Shown here: positions 12,603-25,018 of the stretch, in pieces | Numbering within the stretch: the first letter of the stretch is position 1 | How the letters are laid out: each line of letters starts with the position of its first letter | NCBI RefSeq assembly: GCF_004010195.1 | Contig: NC_057753.1 | Coordinates: 8,452,263-8,490,555 of the forward strand | Length of the DNA stretch: 38,293 nucleotides | Reading direction: 5' to 3' | From: Chiloscyllium plagiosum | Lineage: Eukaryota | Notes under the pieces: model-generated | What the model was told of the DNA's origin: nothing | Database searches by the model: none | What the model saw: the letters and a program-made list of their open reading frames with translations, nothing else | Translations under genes and position numbers: made by a program

Positions 12603-15600
12603 GGAACAAAAAGCAAAGAACAAAGAAAATTTACAGCCCGGGAACAGGACCTTTGACCCTCGAAGCCTGAGCCAATCCACATCCACTTTCTAAACTTGTC
12701 GCTCAATTGCTAAGCATCAGTAATCCTCTGCTCCCCACCTACTCAAGCATCTGTCCAGACACATCTTAAATGAATCTACCGTGTCTGCCTCGAGTGCCTC
12801 TGCTGGCAACGCATTCCAGATACCTACCACCCTCTGTGTAAAGTACTTGCCGCATGTACCCCCCTTAAACTTTTTCCCCTCTCACCTTGAAAGCGTGACC
12901 TCTCGTTATTGAATCCTTCACCCTGGGAAAAATCTTATCTCTATCTATCCTGTCGATACCCTGACCTCAATCATGACCCCAATCTCATTTTTTCTAATTA
13001 AAACAATCCTAACCTACTCAACTTCTCTTCATTCCTCGTTCCTTCCATACCAGGCAACATGCTCGTAATATTTTTTCCGCACTCACTCCAAAACGTCTAC
13101 ATCCTTTTGGTAATGGGGCGACAAGAACTGTACACAGTATTTTAGCATGACCTGCCAGTTCTAATACTCAATACCACGTCCAATGTAGGAACCATACCAT
13201 ATGACTTCTTGACCACTCTATCCACCTGTCCAGCTTCCTTCAGTGTACAATGGACCTGAACTCCCAGATCTCTCTGCTCATCAACGTTTCCCACGGCTCT
13301 TCTGTTTACAGTATAAATCGCACTCGAATTAGACTTGCCAAAATGCATCACCTCACATTTGCCTGGATTGAACTCCATGTGCCACTTGTCAACCCAACTC
13401 TGGACTCTATCTATATTCTCCTGTATTCTTTGACAGTCCCCCATGCTTTCTGCTCCTCGATCAATCTTTGTGTCATCTGCTAACTTGTTGATCATACCAA
13501 CAGTGCCCCTTTCCAGATTATTTGTGGATATCACAAACCACAGTGGCCCCCAGCACTAATCCTGTGGAATAACACTTGTCACTTTGCTCTATTTCAAGAA
13601 ACTCCCTTCAACTCCCACTCTTTGTCTCCTGTTTAAACAGGTGTTTTTATCCATCTCCCCACAATACCCTGCACACCATGTGACTTCACTGTCTCCATTA
13701 ATCTACCCTGGGGATCCTTATCAAACGCCTTACTAAAGTCCATGTATATGACATCTACAGCCCTTGCTTCATTTATCAACTTGGCCACTTTATCAAAAAC
13801 TCTATTAAGTTGGTAAGGCACGAACTCCCCCACACAAAACCATGTTGCCTATCACTGATAACCCCATTCTATTTGAAATATAAATAGATTTTATCCCTCA
13901 GTACCTTCTCCAGCAAAGTTCCCAAAACAGACGTCAGGCTCACTGGTCTGCAGTTATCTGGAATATCCCTAATACCCTTCTTGTACAGGGGGACAACATG
14001 AGCAACCCTCCGGTACTCCGGCACCACACCTGTTTTTAGGATGTACAAAGACATTCGTCACAGCCCCAGCTATTTCCACTCTGGCCTCCCTCAGCAACCT
14101 GAGATATATCCCATCCGAACATGGGGATTTGCCTATCTTGATAACCTCAAGCCCATCCAACACATCTTCCTTGCTTATGTCAACGTGAGCCAGAGTAATC
14201 AAACTTCTATCTCTAATCTCAACATTCATCAGTGAACACTGATGCAAACTAATCATTCAGAATATCACCCATTTTCTCAGGTTTCCTTCCTTATCCTTCA
14301 GTGGACCAATCATTTTTCTAGTAACCCGCTTGCTTCTTATATAAGAAAAAAGTCGTTGGTATTCTATTTAATTCGGTTCGCTGAAGCTATTTCATGACCT
14401 CTTTTAGCCAGCTTGATTCCTTGTTTAAGTCTGTTCCTACTCTCCCGATATTCCTTCAAGGCCCGTTCTGTTCTTAGCTGCTTGGAGTATATGCATGCTT
14501 CCCTTTTCCTCTTGGCTAGTCATACGATTCCCCCTACCACCCACGGTTCATGAATCTTGCCTTTCCTATCCTTTGCTTTCAACGGGACTTGCCCATCCTG
14601 CAACTATCTTTAACCTATCTTTGAAAGCCTCCCACATATCAAATGTGGACTTTCCTCCAACTAGCTGTGTGCAATCCACATTTCACAGCTCCTGCCTAAT
14701 TTTGATATAATTGGCCTTGGCCCAGTTTAGAACTCCTCCCTTAGGACCCTCTCATGTTTGTCTACGAGTATTCTACAACTTACAGACTTGTGGTCACTAT
14801 TCGCAAAGAAATCCCTCAACGCTACTTCTACCACCTGGCCTGGCTCATTCCCCAACACCAGGTCCAATATGATCCATTCCCTCGTCTGACTATTGACATA
14901 CCGCTCTTGGAAACTCTCCTGGACCCTTCTTACAAATTCTGCCCCATCCAGACCTCTGACATTACGTGTATCCCAGTCACTGTTGGGAAAATTATAATCT
15001 CCCATCACCACCATCCTGTTGCTTCTACATCTTTCCATCATCCGTTTACCCATTTGTTTTTCTACCTCACGCTCATTGTTGGGAGGCCTGTAATACAGCT
15101 CCAACAATGTAACTGCACACTTCTTATTTCTCAGCTCCATCCCGAATGCCTCACTACTCATTAGTGTCGTCCTTTATCACAGCCGTGATATCATCCCTGA
15201 CCAGCAATGCAACTCCTACCCCCACGTTTTACTTCCCTCCCTGTGCTGTCTGAAGCGTCTATATCCTGAAACATTTAGTTGCCATTCATGCCCTTCCTTC
15301 AACCAAGTTTTTATGATTGCAATAACGTCTTACTCCCAGGCACCAATACAAGCCCTAAGTTCATCTGGCTTGCCCACTATGTTCCTTGCATTAAAGTATA
15401 TGCACTTCAGGCCACCAGTTATTTTGCATTCATCTGCTCCCTGCCTACTCTTCCCCTTGTTAATGCTAACATCATGATTCTTACAGTCTCCAGTTTCCAC
15501 CTCGCTATCTACTTGTCGTCTCTTGTGGTTCCCAGCCTGCTGACACATTAGTTTAAAACCTCCCCAGCAGCAATAGCAAAAACTCCCCCAAGGACTATGC

Positions 15601-16050
15601 TGGCTAGCACGTGGCACTGATCCTAATCCTGAGATCAATACCTTTGAAGTACTCATAGCTCCCTGAATTCTACTTTCAGGACCAAATCTCATTTTTTACT
15701 TATGTCGTTGGTGCCTATCTGCACCAAGACAACTGGATGTTCACCCTCGACTTTTGGAATACTCTGCAGCCAATCAGTGACATCCCTGACCCGAGCATCT
15801 GGGAGGCAACATACCATCCGGGAGTCCTGTTTTCGGCCACAGAACCGCCTATCTACTCCTCTTAAAATATAAACCCCTGTGTATATGGCCCTACGAAACT
15901 TTTGTCCGCCCTTCTGAACAGCAGTGCCCACCACGGTGCAATGATCCTGGAAACTGCTGCCCACTCCGGTGAGTCATCTACCTCAATAGTATCCAAAACG
16001 GTATACCTGTTTTGGAGGGAGATGACCGCAGGGGACACCTGCACAGGGGA
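12603..16050 (-). mobile_element. Long CR1 LINE with ORF1 (SGNH/esterase-like) and decayed ORF2 (endonuclease and RT), internally deleted
   Basis: ORF1: ILRGVDRRFCG...VCCLPDARV...VQIGTNDI. ORF2: YYRPPN, GDYNFP, LDLVLGN, RPVSLTS, YMDFSKAFDK, KLADDTK. The 3' tail is at ~12605-12630 and CATCTT flanks both ends (12597-12602, 16051-16056). Confidence 0.92.
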
Positions 16051-16303
16051 CATCTTTCACAGTGGTGTAGCAGTGCTCTAAAACGTTTGTGACACTGGTG
16101 AGGCAGCTAATGTTCTGGTGGTACCTGGGTAACACCTTCCTTAGGTTGGCTTGATTGAAATCGCCAGTTACATTAAACAGGGCGCGGGGAGTTCTGCCTC
16201 CATGGTATTAGTGGTGGAGTGCAGCACATCCAGAACCTTTGGTTGTGGCGGTATGTACACAACAGTTAGAACTGGAGATCTGACACAATTGGATCTGAAA
16301 CCG

Positions 16304-16417
16304 AAACAGAAATTGTTGGAGAAATGTTTTGTATGTTTTGACACTTCTTCAAGCGTTAACTCTGTTTTCGCTTCATGGGTGCTGCCAGATCTGAAAGTAT
16401 CTCCATTTATTTCTGTT
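16304..16417. repeat. Degenerate short inverted-repeat element, probably Penelope-derived
   Basis: The ends aacagaaat...atttctgtt are complementary. The internal cgttaactctg...gctgccagatctg resembles shark PLE-derived repeats as I recall them. Confidence 0.4.
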
Positions 16418-17781
16418 ATAAATTAATTAAAGACTGGCGAATTGGGAACAATTATGCAGTTTCAGATGTGAAGCAGCAAAAGGTGTTGCATGGTTACTGT
16501 CTCATTCAAAATGCAGCCACCATTATTTTCAATGATTACAACATTGGTGGATAAGCAATCAGGAATACCTACGTGATAAGAGGTATAGAATTCTTCGACT
16601 CACTGATGCCTCTATCAATATGCTTGTGAAGGATGTGAAGGATGAGAAGAGTATTCTGATTAGATTAGATAGTTTTGGAAAACTGAGCAGAGTTTTAAGT
16701 GATACTCGGAGACGTGAGAATAATTTCCTGATTGCATCTATCAATACGATGGTGTTGCTGAAGGGATAAAATGCGTGATTTCCATGATAGGTTTGTTAGC
16801 CTTACAAGGCATATATTTCAGCTGGAATCCTTCAAAGAATAAACATGAATGGCCTTCAAATTCTCCACTCAGTAGTCGGAGCATTCATACTGCTTATAAC
16901 ATGTGTAGTTTTCACACAGCGAAGACAGAGCTGACGAGTTGGTGCCTCCTAAATACTCAGTACTAAGCGCCTCCTTGCAGGAGCATTGGCTGCCGCATTC
17001 TACTGGACAGTTAGGCCGCCATCCTCATAGAGGTCGTGTTGTGATTCACAACAGAAAATGATGTGTTTGCAGGAAACAATAAATAAAGCGAATTTAAAAA
17101 TAAAATTAGAATGGAAAAAGTAGCGGATGTACGATGCAAAGCTGTCCAGAAACGAGAATATTAAGAGGATCTGAAGACGGAAGGTATGGAGTCAGGGTTA
17201 TGAATTTTTAATGGTCTAACTATTTTAAAGTCCCATTGAGTGCACGTTCTAATGGATGGGCTAAGTGGACTATCTGTCATACACAAAACATACTAGTATG
17301 ACACAGGCAAGTGGGACAAGTCTATTCTGAAAACATGGTTGTGTGGACGTGTTTTGACCAGGCAGTCTGTTCTTTTGCTGTATGACTCCATGACTCTCTG
17401 ACTTATTGCACTTTCGATCGTCTGCATCAAAGCTGCACTGTACCTCTTACTTGAGGAGAATGAATGCTTGTCCTGGAAAACATGTCATATAATTGATCCA
17501 AAGATTTTCACCAGTTCAATCCACTCAAGTCCAGGTCTCCTGCTACTGCTGAACATTAAAAAAAACATTGTTGCAACAAAGCAGCTATAATAAGTAATGA
17601 CATTTGCTGTCATTTGCAGTCCAAATGCACTGAGAATGCTGAGAGTAGTCAACATCTGCTAATAGCAAAGTCTGAAAGGCCCGTACCCATTAAAGTGACT
17701 AAAGATACAAAGCATAACGTGTGTAATGTTGGAATCTGTTCAGCCCATGACAGGTTATCACATATCCAAGAAATTGAATAT

Positions 17782-18470
17782 TTAAACAAATAATCTTAGT
17801 GGGTATTTCCCTCAATTTTTTAATTCCGTTCTGAATTTACTCTGGGTCCCAGCATAAATGAACGGGTTAATGCAGGAACTCAACACTTGAAGCATGCAAC
17901 CAGTTTGTTGGATGATAAACGTGGAATTGATGACATTGGAACCTGAGGAATAAGTCACATTCCCAATTCGGACATACAGCATGGTTATAAAAAGAGCCAA
18001 ATATAGCAGGATGAAATTGCCTGAGATGGCGAATAGTAAAACAATTGACTTTTTTCGTTTTCTTATCTCTGCATCATTCTTATTCTCATCTCTGCTCTGG
18101 ATCCGGGCCCTGTGTAGTCCTGTATTGGCAGCTACAATATCTCTAACCGTCAGAGCATTGAAATGTAAAATCAGAACGAATGGAATCCAGTCATACACAG
18201 TCCATGCAGATGACTGATAATATATTTCTTTATTGACACAAAGCCAGAGAACATTGTTAATTATATATCTAGGTTCAAATATAAAACACAAAAAGACACT
18301 TTTATGCAGATCAATATGGTTATCATTACTATAATCCATTCTGTCATGCCCCAAGTGCAATACCGTATTTTTACCTTCTGTAAAGAAATGGCCATAAATC
18401 GATCAAAAGTGAAAGCGGCCGTTAACCAGGCAGCACTGTTAATTGCTGCAATGTTTAAAGCTGTTCGAAC
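17782..18470 (-). pseudogene. GPR139/GPR142-like GPCR pseudogene, copy C (TM3-TM7 only)
   Basis: Two overlapping frames read WLTAAFTFDRFMAISLQKVKIRYCT..., then EPRYIINNVLWLC...YDWIPFVLILHFNALTV...RKKSIVLLFAISG...LSSCINPFIYAGTQSKFRTEL. There is a frameshift near 18300, an ~8-codon loss after YDWI, an early TGA at 17812 and no recognisable TM1-TM2. Confidence 0.88.
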
Positions 18471-18724
18471 ATTAGAATCCACACGTTTATACCTGAAGTA
18501 TACAGTCTTGCAATATGATCCAAAAGTGCACATCGTTATTTCCACTGCAGAAAGCTATTCGATTTTTTTAAACATTATGTATTGAAACGCAGTGTCATAA
18601 CATAATTATATAATACAAAGAGATATGAAGGAGGACAAGATTTTAAAAAGCGCTTAGAAGTCAGCAGCAGAACAGTCATCAACAGAGAACAAAAACACAA
18701 GCAAATAATTTTTAACAATTGAGT

Positions 18725-20100
18725 AATAGAGCCAATAGAGCTGTACAGCACGCCAATTGTCCATGCCGACCAGATATCTTAAATTAATATCATTACATTT
18801 GCCAGCATTTGGCCCGTACCACTCTGAATCCTTCCTATTTATGTATCCATCCTGTTGTCTTTCCAGTGTTTCTCTTGTACCAGCTTAAAAAATTCTTCCT
18901 CTGGCAGCTCAGTCCATACACGCACCACAATCTGTTTGAAGAGGTTGCCCCTTGAGTCCCTTTCAAAGCTTTCTCACCCTGAACGTAAGACTCTGGATTT
19001 GTATTCCCTACCCCGAGAAAAAAACTACGTTGGCTGTTCATCCTATCCATGCTCTTCATGCTTTTATAAACCTCAATAAGGTCACCCTGCAGCGTCCGAT
19101 GCTCCAGAGGAAATAAACACAGTCTATTCAGCCTCTTCATATAATTCAAACCTTCCAATGTTGGGAACAGTCTTGTCGATATTTTCTACATCCTTTCAAG
19201 TTTAACATTACCATTCTTTGTAGCACGGCAACCATAATTGAATGCAATATTTCAAAAGTGGGCGAATCAATATCCTGCACAAGGCAACTGGACATCTGGA
19301 CTCCTACATTCAATGTGCTGACCAAAATTGCATACCAACTGATTTCTTCACGACTAGTCAAGCTGTAGCTCCACCTTCAGCGAACTGTGAATTTGCAGCG
19401 CAAGATTTCTTTGCTTGGCAAGACTCCCTAGGCAATAACTTTCACTGAACCATTCCTGTCCTGATTTGCCTGAACAAAATGAAACAGTGCACACGCATTG
19501 AAATCTGCTCCAACTGCCACTCCTCTGCCCATTGACCCTTCAGAACCAAGACCCTGTTTTAAACAGAGATGACCTTCTTCAGTGTTCATGACACCACCAA
19601 TTTTTATGTCATCTGTAAACTTTCTAAACTTTTTCTCCAATGTTCACATCCAGGTCACTTTTATAAATGACAAAAACCCCTGGACCAAGCACCAATCCTT
19701 GCAGCACACTGTTGGTCACAGGATTCATGTCTGAAGACCAACCCTCCCCGAATGTCCAGTATATCATACCTTCAAACCAATTTTCTATCCAAATGGCCAG
19801 TTGTCTCTGCATTCCAAATAATATAACCAGCATGGCATCCGGAATCTTGTCAAATGTCATGCAGAAGTTTATACAGATAATGTACACCGTCAGTGTTCTT
19901 TGTCATTTTATCTAAAACTGAATTAAGTTTTTGAGACACGATTTCCATTGTACCAATGTTGAATATCCCTAAGCGGTCCTAGCATTACTAAATACATCAA
20001 AATCTTGTCCCTCAGCATTCCGTCCAAAACGTGCCCACCGTTGACGTCAAGCTCACAAGTCGATAGTTCCCTGGCGTATTTGTGGAACCTTTCTTAAATG
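18725..20100 (-). mobile_element. Degenerate CR1 LINE 3' portion
   Basis: Fragments FDKIPD, SVLQGLVLGP, KFTDDIKIGG and LQGDLIEVYK, with many frameshifts. Confidence 0.85.
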
Positions 20101-20999
20101 CAAGCAAGCAGCAAACTAATCAAATAAAGCAACATATTAACTTGAATAGGGATGTAATCTCACGGAGATCCAAAGTGGTTCATTTCATTTCAGTTACAAA
20201 AGTCTTAAATCTTGGAAAAATCTGAAAACAGTTTTCGAAAATATCCTCGAGCAGAATGATTTGTTAATTAACGCGCCAAGGCCATTTGCAGAGGACATTT
20301 TTGGTTGAATCAGTGCCAAGTCTGTTTTCTTCAACGAACTATAATTTGGAATCTTCATTGCAATGATCCCCGGGAAGTTGCAGATTAGGACGTCTTAATA
20401 GACAAAACGAACTTCCTAAAACATAATGCCTCTTTGGTGCTGCAGGGCAGATTCTGGATAAATGACCAAAAGTATTATAGTCTGCATAATTCATAAAATG
20501 AACTGTTGAATTAAATGTGAACTTTAATTGAGAATTTGGGATTCAATCAATGTGAAAGTGTGAATGATGAAGGAAGCAGCTCCAGCATTGCAGATGCCAC
20601 AACAGCAGTACATAACTTAGATTGTCCACTATTATAATGGGTGTGTGGGCGAGTTCATTTTCTTGTCTTCCCTGGAGGACCTTGTGTAAATTTCAGCACA
20701 TTAAGCGCTTCCACAGTATAAATAAGAACGTCATCAAAAAAAGTCCATAAATTGCGTCGCTGACCCAATGGTGATAAGAGTGTGGAAGTACAAAGCTGGC
20801 CATTGGCATAAATGTTCCATGAACAAACATTGGTGAAGTGGCCTTGCAGCCTGATATCACTAATCCCCATAAATCGCCGTCCGATTTTCAATTCTCCTCT
20901 GATGTCGACATCTCTTTGCATTCTAATTATTTAATCATTCTCTTCTCCTCCATCTACTCCACAATAGATCTCTTGACAGATTCTATATCTAAGAGCGAG

Positions 21000-21480
21000 G
21001 GCATGGTGCCTTGCCCGACTCTTCCAGTCACAGATGGAGTCTCCAAAATATTTGCATTATGTACGCTCAAAGGTTGCCTTGCATGTGCAGACAGTGGAGA
21101 GATTTATCATTTGTTGGGAACAGCAAACTCGTGCAAATCCTTCTCCTTCTACACAACAGTATTTTGGCAACCTGTAAATGATTTCAAAATAGTCGACAAG
21201 TAAAGAAGAGGTCGTCCTATATGAAAAGTTATGGGAGACCTCTAAATGCCGTCCTATACATTGGCCACTCCAAATACCGAACAATCAGCACAATGAGTGT
21301 GAAGTCGGTGTTTCCAGTTGAAACAAGAAGAACACAAAAGCACGACTCCATGAGATAGAAACACGTGCCAGGCAGACATTAAAGGCCTTCCACGGCAATT
21401 TGTTTTGTAACTCTATCAAGATTCTTGTAGCTGTTGATATCCATTTAAATAGATTGAATTCCAAGTTAAGTATGAACAAA
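21000..21480 (+). mobile_element. Possible very old Penelope-like remnant
   Basis: Weak motifs in the expected order: TLP...GVS, TVF..P.N, then ETRRT..RLHE-like. Heavily decayed. Confidence 0.3.
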
Positions 21481-21820
21481 TTGTTCAATAATTCGTTACA
21501 CTCAGCAATTCTCTTACTTCTGAGAAATATTAAGTTGTCCTCTCATTGAAAACCGAAATATATCGCGCTTTCAGTGCCATGCTGCTCTCCAGATGACAGC
21601 ATTTACAAATAAACAATCTGCGAAAGGCATGAAATGACTTCTGTCACGAGAAACATTCTAAGTATGATGGGAATCATTTGTGTGTATTATGTGAAAGTAT
21701 TATATTAGAAGCTGTTAGTTAACCAAACAGCTAAAAGTGAGTCGTTACACAAGATCAGAACTGTACAAAGTATTCTAAATGCAGTCTTGGACGAATTTAA
21801 CATGAGCTTCCCGCTTTTTT

Positions 21821-22131
21821 TTACATTACATTACATTACAGTGTGGAAACAGGCCCTTCGGCCCAACAAGTCCACACCGCCCCGCCGAAGAGTAACCCTC
21901 CCAGACCCCAACATTTACCCCTTACCTAACACTACGGGCAAATTAACATGGCCAATTCACCTGATCTGCACATCTTTGGACTGTGGGAGGAAACCGGAGC
22001 ACTCGGAGGAAACCCACGCAGACACGGGGAGAACGTGCAAACTCCACACAGTCAGTCGCCTGAGGCGGGAAATGAACCCGGTCTCTGGCGTTGTGAGGCA
22101 GCAGTGCTAACCACTGTGCCACCGTGCCGCC
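21821..22131 (-). mobile_element. HE1-type (V-SINE) tRNA-derived SINE, full length
   Basis: The minus strand starts GGCGGCACGGTGGCACAGTGGTTAGC (A box) and has GGTTCATTTCC (B box), the V-domain GTGTGGAGTTTGCACGTTCTCCCCGTGTCTGCGTGGGTTTCC and a (TGTAA)n tail. Confidence 0.9.
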
Positions 22132-22990
22132 GACAAAATATAATAAATACCCTGTCCGATGAAGACAAGCATACCATATGCCTTTTTGCCGACTTTATCC
22201 ATCTGTACAGCAACCTTCGGGGTACAATGGACCTGAACTCCCAGATCTCTCTGCTCATCAACTTTTCCCAAGGCTCTTCCGTTTTCTATATAATTCGCTC
22301 GAGAACTAGACTTGCCAAGATGCATCACCTCACATCTGCCTGAATTGAACGCCATCTGCCACTTCTCCACCCAACTCTCCAGTCTATCTATATTCTCATA
22401 TATTCTTTGACAGTCCCCTATGCTTTCTGCTACTTCATCAATCTTCGTGTCATCTGCAAGCTTGCTGATCATACCAACAGTGCCCCTTTCCAGATTATTT
22501 GTGTATACACAAACCACATTGGCCCCAGCACTGATCCCTGTGGAACACTACTGGTCACCTTTCTCCATTTCGAGAAACTTCCTTCAACTACTACTCTCTG
22601 TCTTCTGTTGCTCAACCTGTTCTTTATGCACCTAGCTAGAACACCGTGCACACCATGTGAGTTCACTTTCTCCATTAGTCTACAATGGGGATCCTTATCA
22701 AACGCCTTACTAAAGTCGATGTATAAGACATCTACAGCCCTTCCTTCATTTATCAACTTGGTCACTTCCTCAAAGAACTCTATTAAGTTGGTACGGCACG
22801 ATCTCTCCCATACAAAATCATGTTGCCTATCACTGATAAACCCATGCTTTTCCAAATCTAAATAGATGTTTATCCCTCAGTACCTTCGCCATCGACGTTC
22901 CCACCACTGACGTTAGGCTCACTTGTCTGTAGATACCTAGAATATCTCTACTACCCTTCTTGTACAGGGGAACAACATGAGCAACCATCT
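22132..22990 (-). mobile_element. CR1 LINE ORF2 RT fragment
   Basis: NLIEFFEEVT...DFSKAFDK...SVPQGSVLGP...KLADDTK; same family as 13142-14010. Confidence 0.9.
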
Positions 22991-23324
22991 GCTGAATTCT
23001 GCTGAACAAAATGGGAACATACGCGTATGAGTAATTTTCATAATAAATGGAGTGGCACTAATCAAGAACTGACAAACATAATTATCAAGTGGAACTATAC
23101 CAGGTCACTAGATTAGCAAATGGTGAATGGATTATAAAAATATTTTTTTAGAATTGAGAGACAACTGCTCTTTGAAATTGGCCTCACAGGTAGACATTCA
23201 GCATGCCTTCATGCTCACACATTTGAGTATAAAATCAGGATGTCATATTGAGGTTGGACAGGAGATTGGAGAGGTTTTTTTTTCCAGAGTACTGTGTGAG
23301 ATCTGGTTGCCCTGTGAAAGAAAT

Positions 23325-23833
23325 CATAGAACATAGAACAGTACAGCACAGAACAGGCCCTTCAGCCCACGATGTTGTGCCGACCACTGATCCTCATGTA
23401 TGCACTCTCAAACTTCTGTGACCATATGCATGTCCAGTAGTCTCTTAAATGTCCCCAATGACCTTGCTTCCACAACTACTGCTGGCAACGCATTCCATGC
23501 TCTCACAACTCTCTGTTTAAAGAACCCACCTCTGATATCCCCTTTGTACTTTCCTCCAACCAACTTAAAACTATGACCCCTCGTCTTAGTCATTTCTGCC
23601 CTGTGAAATAGTCTCTGGCTATCGACTCTATGCCTCTCATTACCTTATAAAGCTCAATTAGGTCCCCTCTCCTCCTCCTTTTCTCCAATGAAAAAGGTCT
23701 GAGGTTAGTCAACCTCTCTTCATAAGATAAGCCCTCCAGTCCAGGCAGGATCCTGATAAACCTCCTCTTAACCTTCTCCAAAGCATCCACATCTTTCCTA
23801 TAATAGGGCGACCAGAACTGGACACAGTACTCC
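23325..23833 (-). mobile_element. CR1 LINE 3' end inserted in an older plus-strand CR1 remnant
   Basis: EYCVQFWSPYYRKD...RGDLIE, FFKQRVVRAWNALP and a (catagaa)n tail. Confidence 0.9.
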
Positions 23834-24498
23834 AAATTATATCATTATAATGGATGGATTCAGAAAATATTTCGCAGAATGGTACCAGGGATGCAGTGTT
23901 TGAGTTATAAAGATACACTGCATACACTAAGACGTCATTCCCTTCAGTTTGGGGGGTGGACATATACAGGTGTATTAAAACCATGTAGGGCAAAGATGAG
24001 GCTAGTAGATTGGGTTTTTCCAGAGGATGAAGGAGATCAAAATAGGGAGCATGTTTTAAAGGTGAGAGGAGAAGTGGTGGGTGGACATAACTTGATAAGT
24101 GGGATTATTTTAGATTCGGAGCATGGTCTATATGTAATAGTGGGGATCTAAATATTTTATTTCCATGATAAATGATTCTTCGACTCCATGACTCAAATGT
24201 AACTGTGCTAAATTTAACAATTTCGCACTGAAAGCAGCTTTGCTTTTTTAGGCCTGTCACTCGTCAACTTGGCATATGCGTTCCACAGTTTTAATCATGC
24301 CATCTCTCGAGAAAATATTTATTTCTAACAAAAAGTTACCTTCATCGGGGTACCATTTGCAACGATGTGTTTTTTACTACCGGCTTCATTTGTTCAAAAC
24401 ATTCTAATCAACTAATTGTCTCCCAGTTGCCTGACAACAGTTATGAAAGCCACAACTTCTCTGTGAGGTGCAACGGTCTTCCCAAGATTTTAATAGAA

Positions 24499-24568
24499 AT
24501 GCATGAGGCACTGAGAGGACTACCATTTGCCATTTATTATCTCGTGCTTGCAATCATCGGGGCTCCAG
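24499..24568 (+). pseudogene. GPR139-like GPCR copy B, coding exon 1
   Basis: ATG at 24499 gives MHEALRGLPFAIYYLVLAIIGAP+G, then the donor GTAAAG at 24569. The exon is 70 nt (phase 1), matches the phase of the acceptor at 26451 and rebuilds TM1 as YY..LAIIGAP|ANM. Confidence 0.85.
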
Positions 24569-24857
24569 GTAAAGAAATGAAAAAATCTGCGTAAAATGCG
24601 TACTAAATTTGTTAATTCTCTCATTTGAAAATAACAACTCTGCGTTATAGTTTTCTTAGCTGCAGGAATAAAATATTCCCTGCGCCAGGAAAAGATATTC
24701 ATTCCATGTGGTATAGACTTTCCAAAATGAACGAATATTACTATCTGCGTCGACTGTGTAGCATTAAAACCATTTTTTCTTTCATTCATTAACCGAGTGT
24801 TGCTATTTCCATGATCATGATTGAGGGACGGTGGTGTTGGACTGCGGTGTCAATATG

Positions 24858-25018
24858 AAAAATATCACAACACCAGGTTACAATCCAAAAGATTTATTTG
24901 ATAGCACTAGCTTTCAGCACGCTGCTCTTTCATCACGTGATGAATGAACAGCACTCTGAAAGTTAGTGTTTACAAATAGGCTTGTTGAATAATGACCTGA
25001 TATTGTCTAATTTGTAAC
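24858..25018. mobile_element. Degenerate palindromic Penelope-derived element with a decayed hammerhead motif
   Basis: Imperfect ~80-bp inverted arms centred on the perfect palindrome TTCATCACGTGATGAA (24929-24944); TGATGA...GAAAGTTA remnant. Confidence 0.65.

Larger units (their letters stand above)
9836..16270 (-). mobile_element. Rex1/Babar-type LINE, split into three pieces (9836-10920, 11501-12602, 16051-16270)
   Basis: (gaatt)n 3' tail at 9836-9855. Minus-strand peptides include FFLRQLRKFG...FYRCTIESILSGCIT, KFADD, PNRKPWMN, and endonuclease motifs VVYIPP, GDFNQANL and LEHCYTT. The sequence resumes across both insertions. Confidence 0.8.

Noticed and set aside
15689..15964. Host GDSL/SGNH esterase gene
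   Set aside because: It is the ORF1 of the CR1 element, directly upstream of ORF2.
16536..16769. Stop-free plus frame of ~77 codons that looks protein-like (EYLRDKRYRILRL...)
   Set aside because: No recognisable motif, start or splice support; could be chance. A translated search would be needed.
21821..22131. tRNA gene (also 33931-34010)
   Set aside because: The A/B boxes belong to SINE heads followed by a V-domain and tail; there is no complete cloverleaf.
13142..22990. Similarity between 13142-14010 and 22132-22990 as a second segmental duplication
   Set aside because: Confined to CR1 sequence with unrelated flanks, so these are independent insertions of one family.
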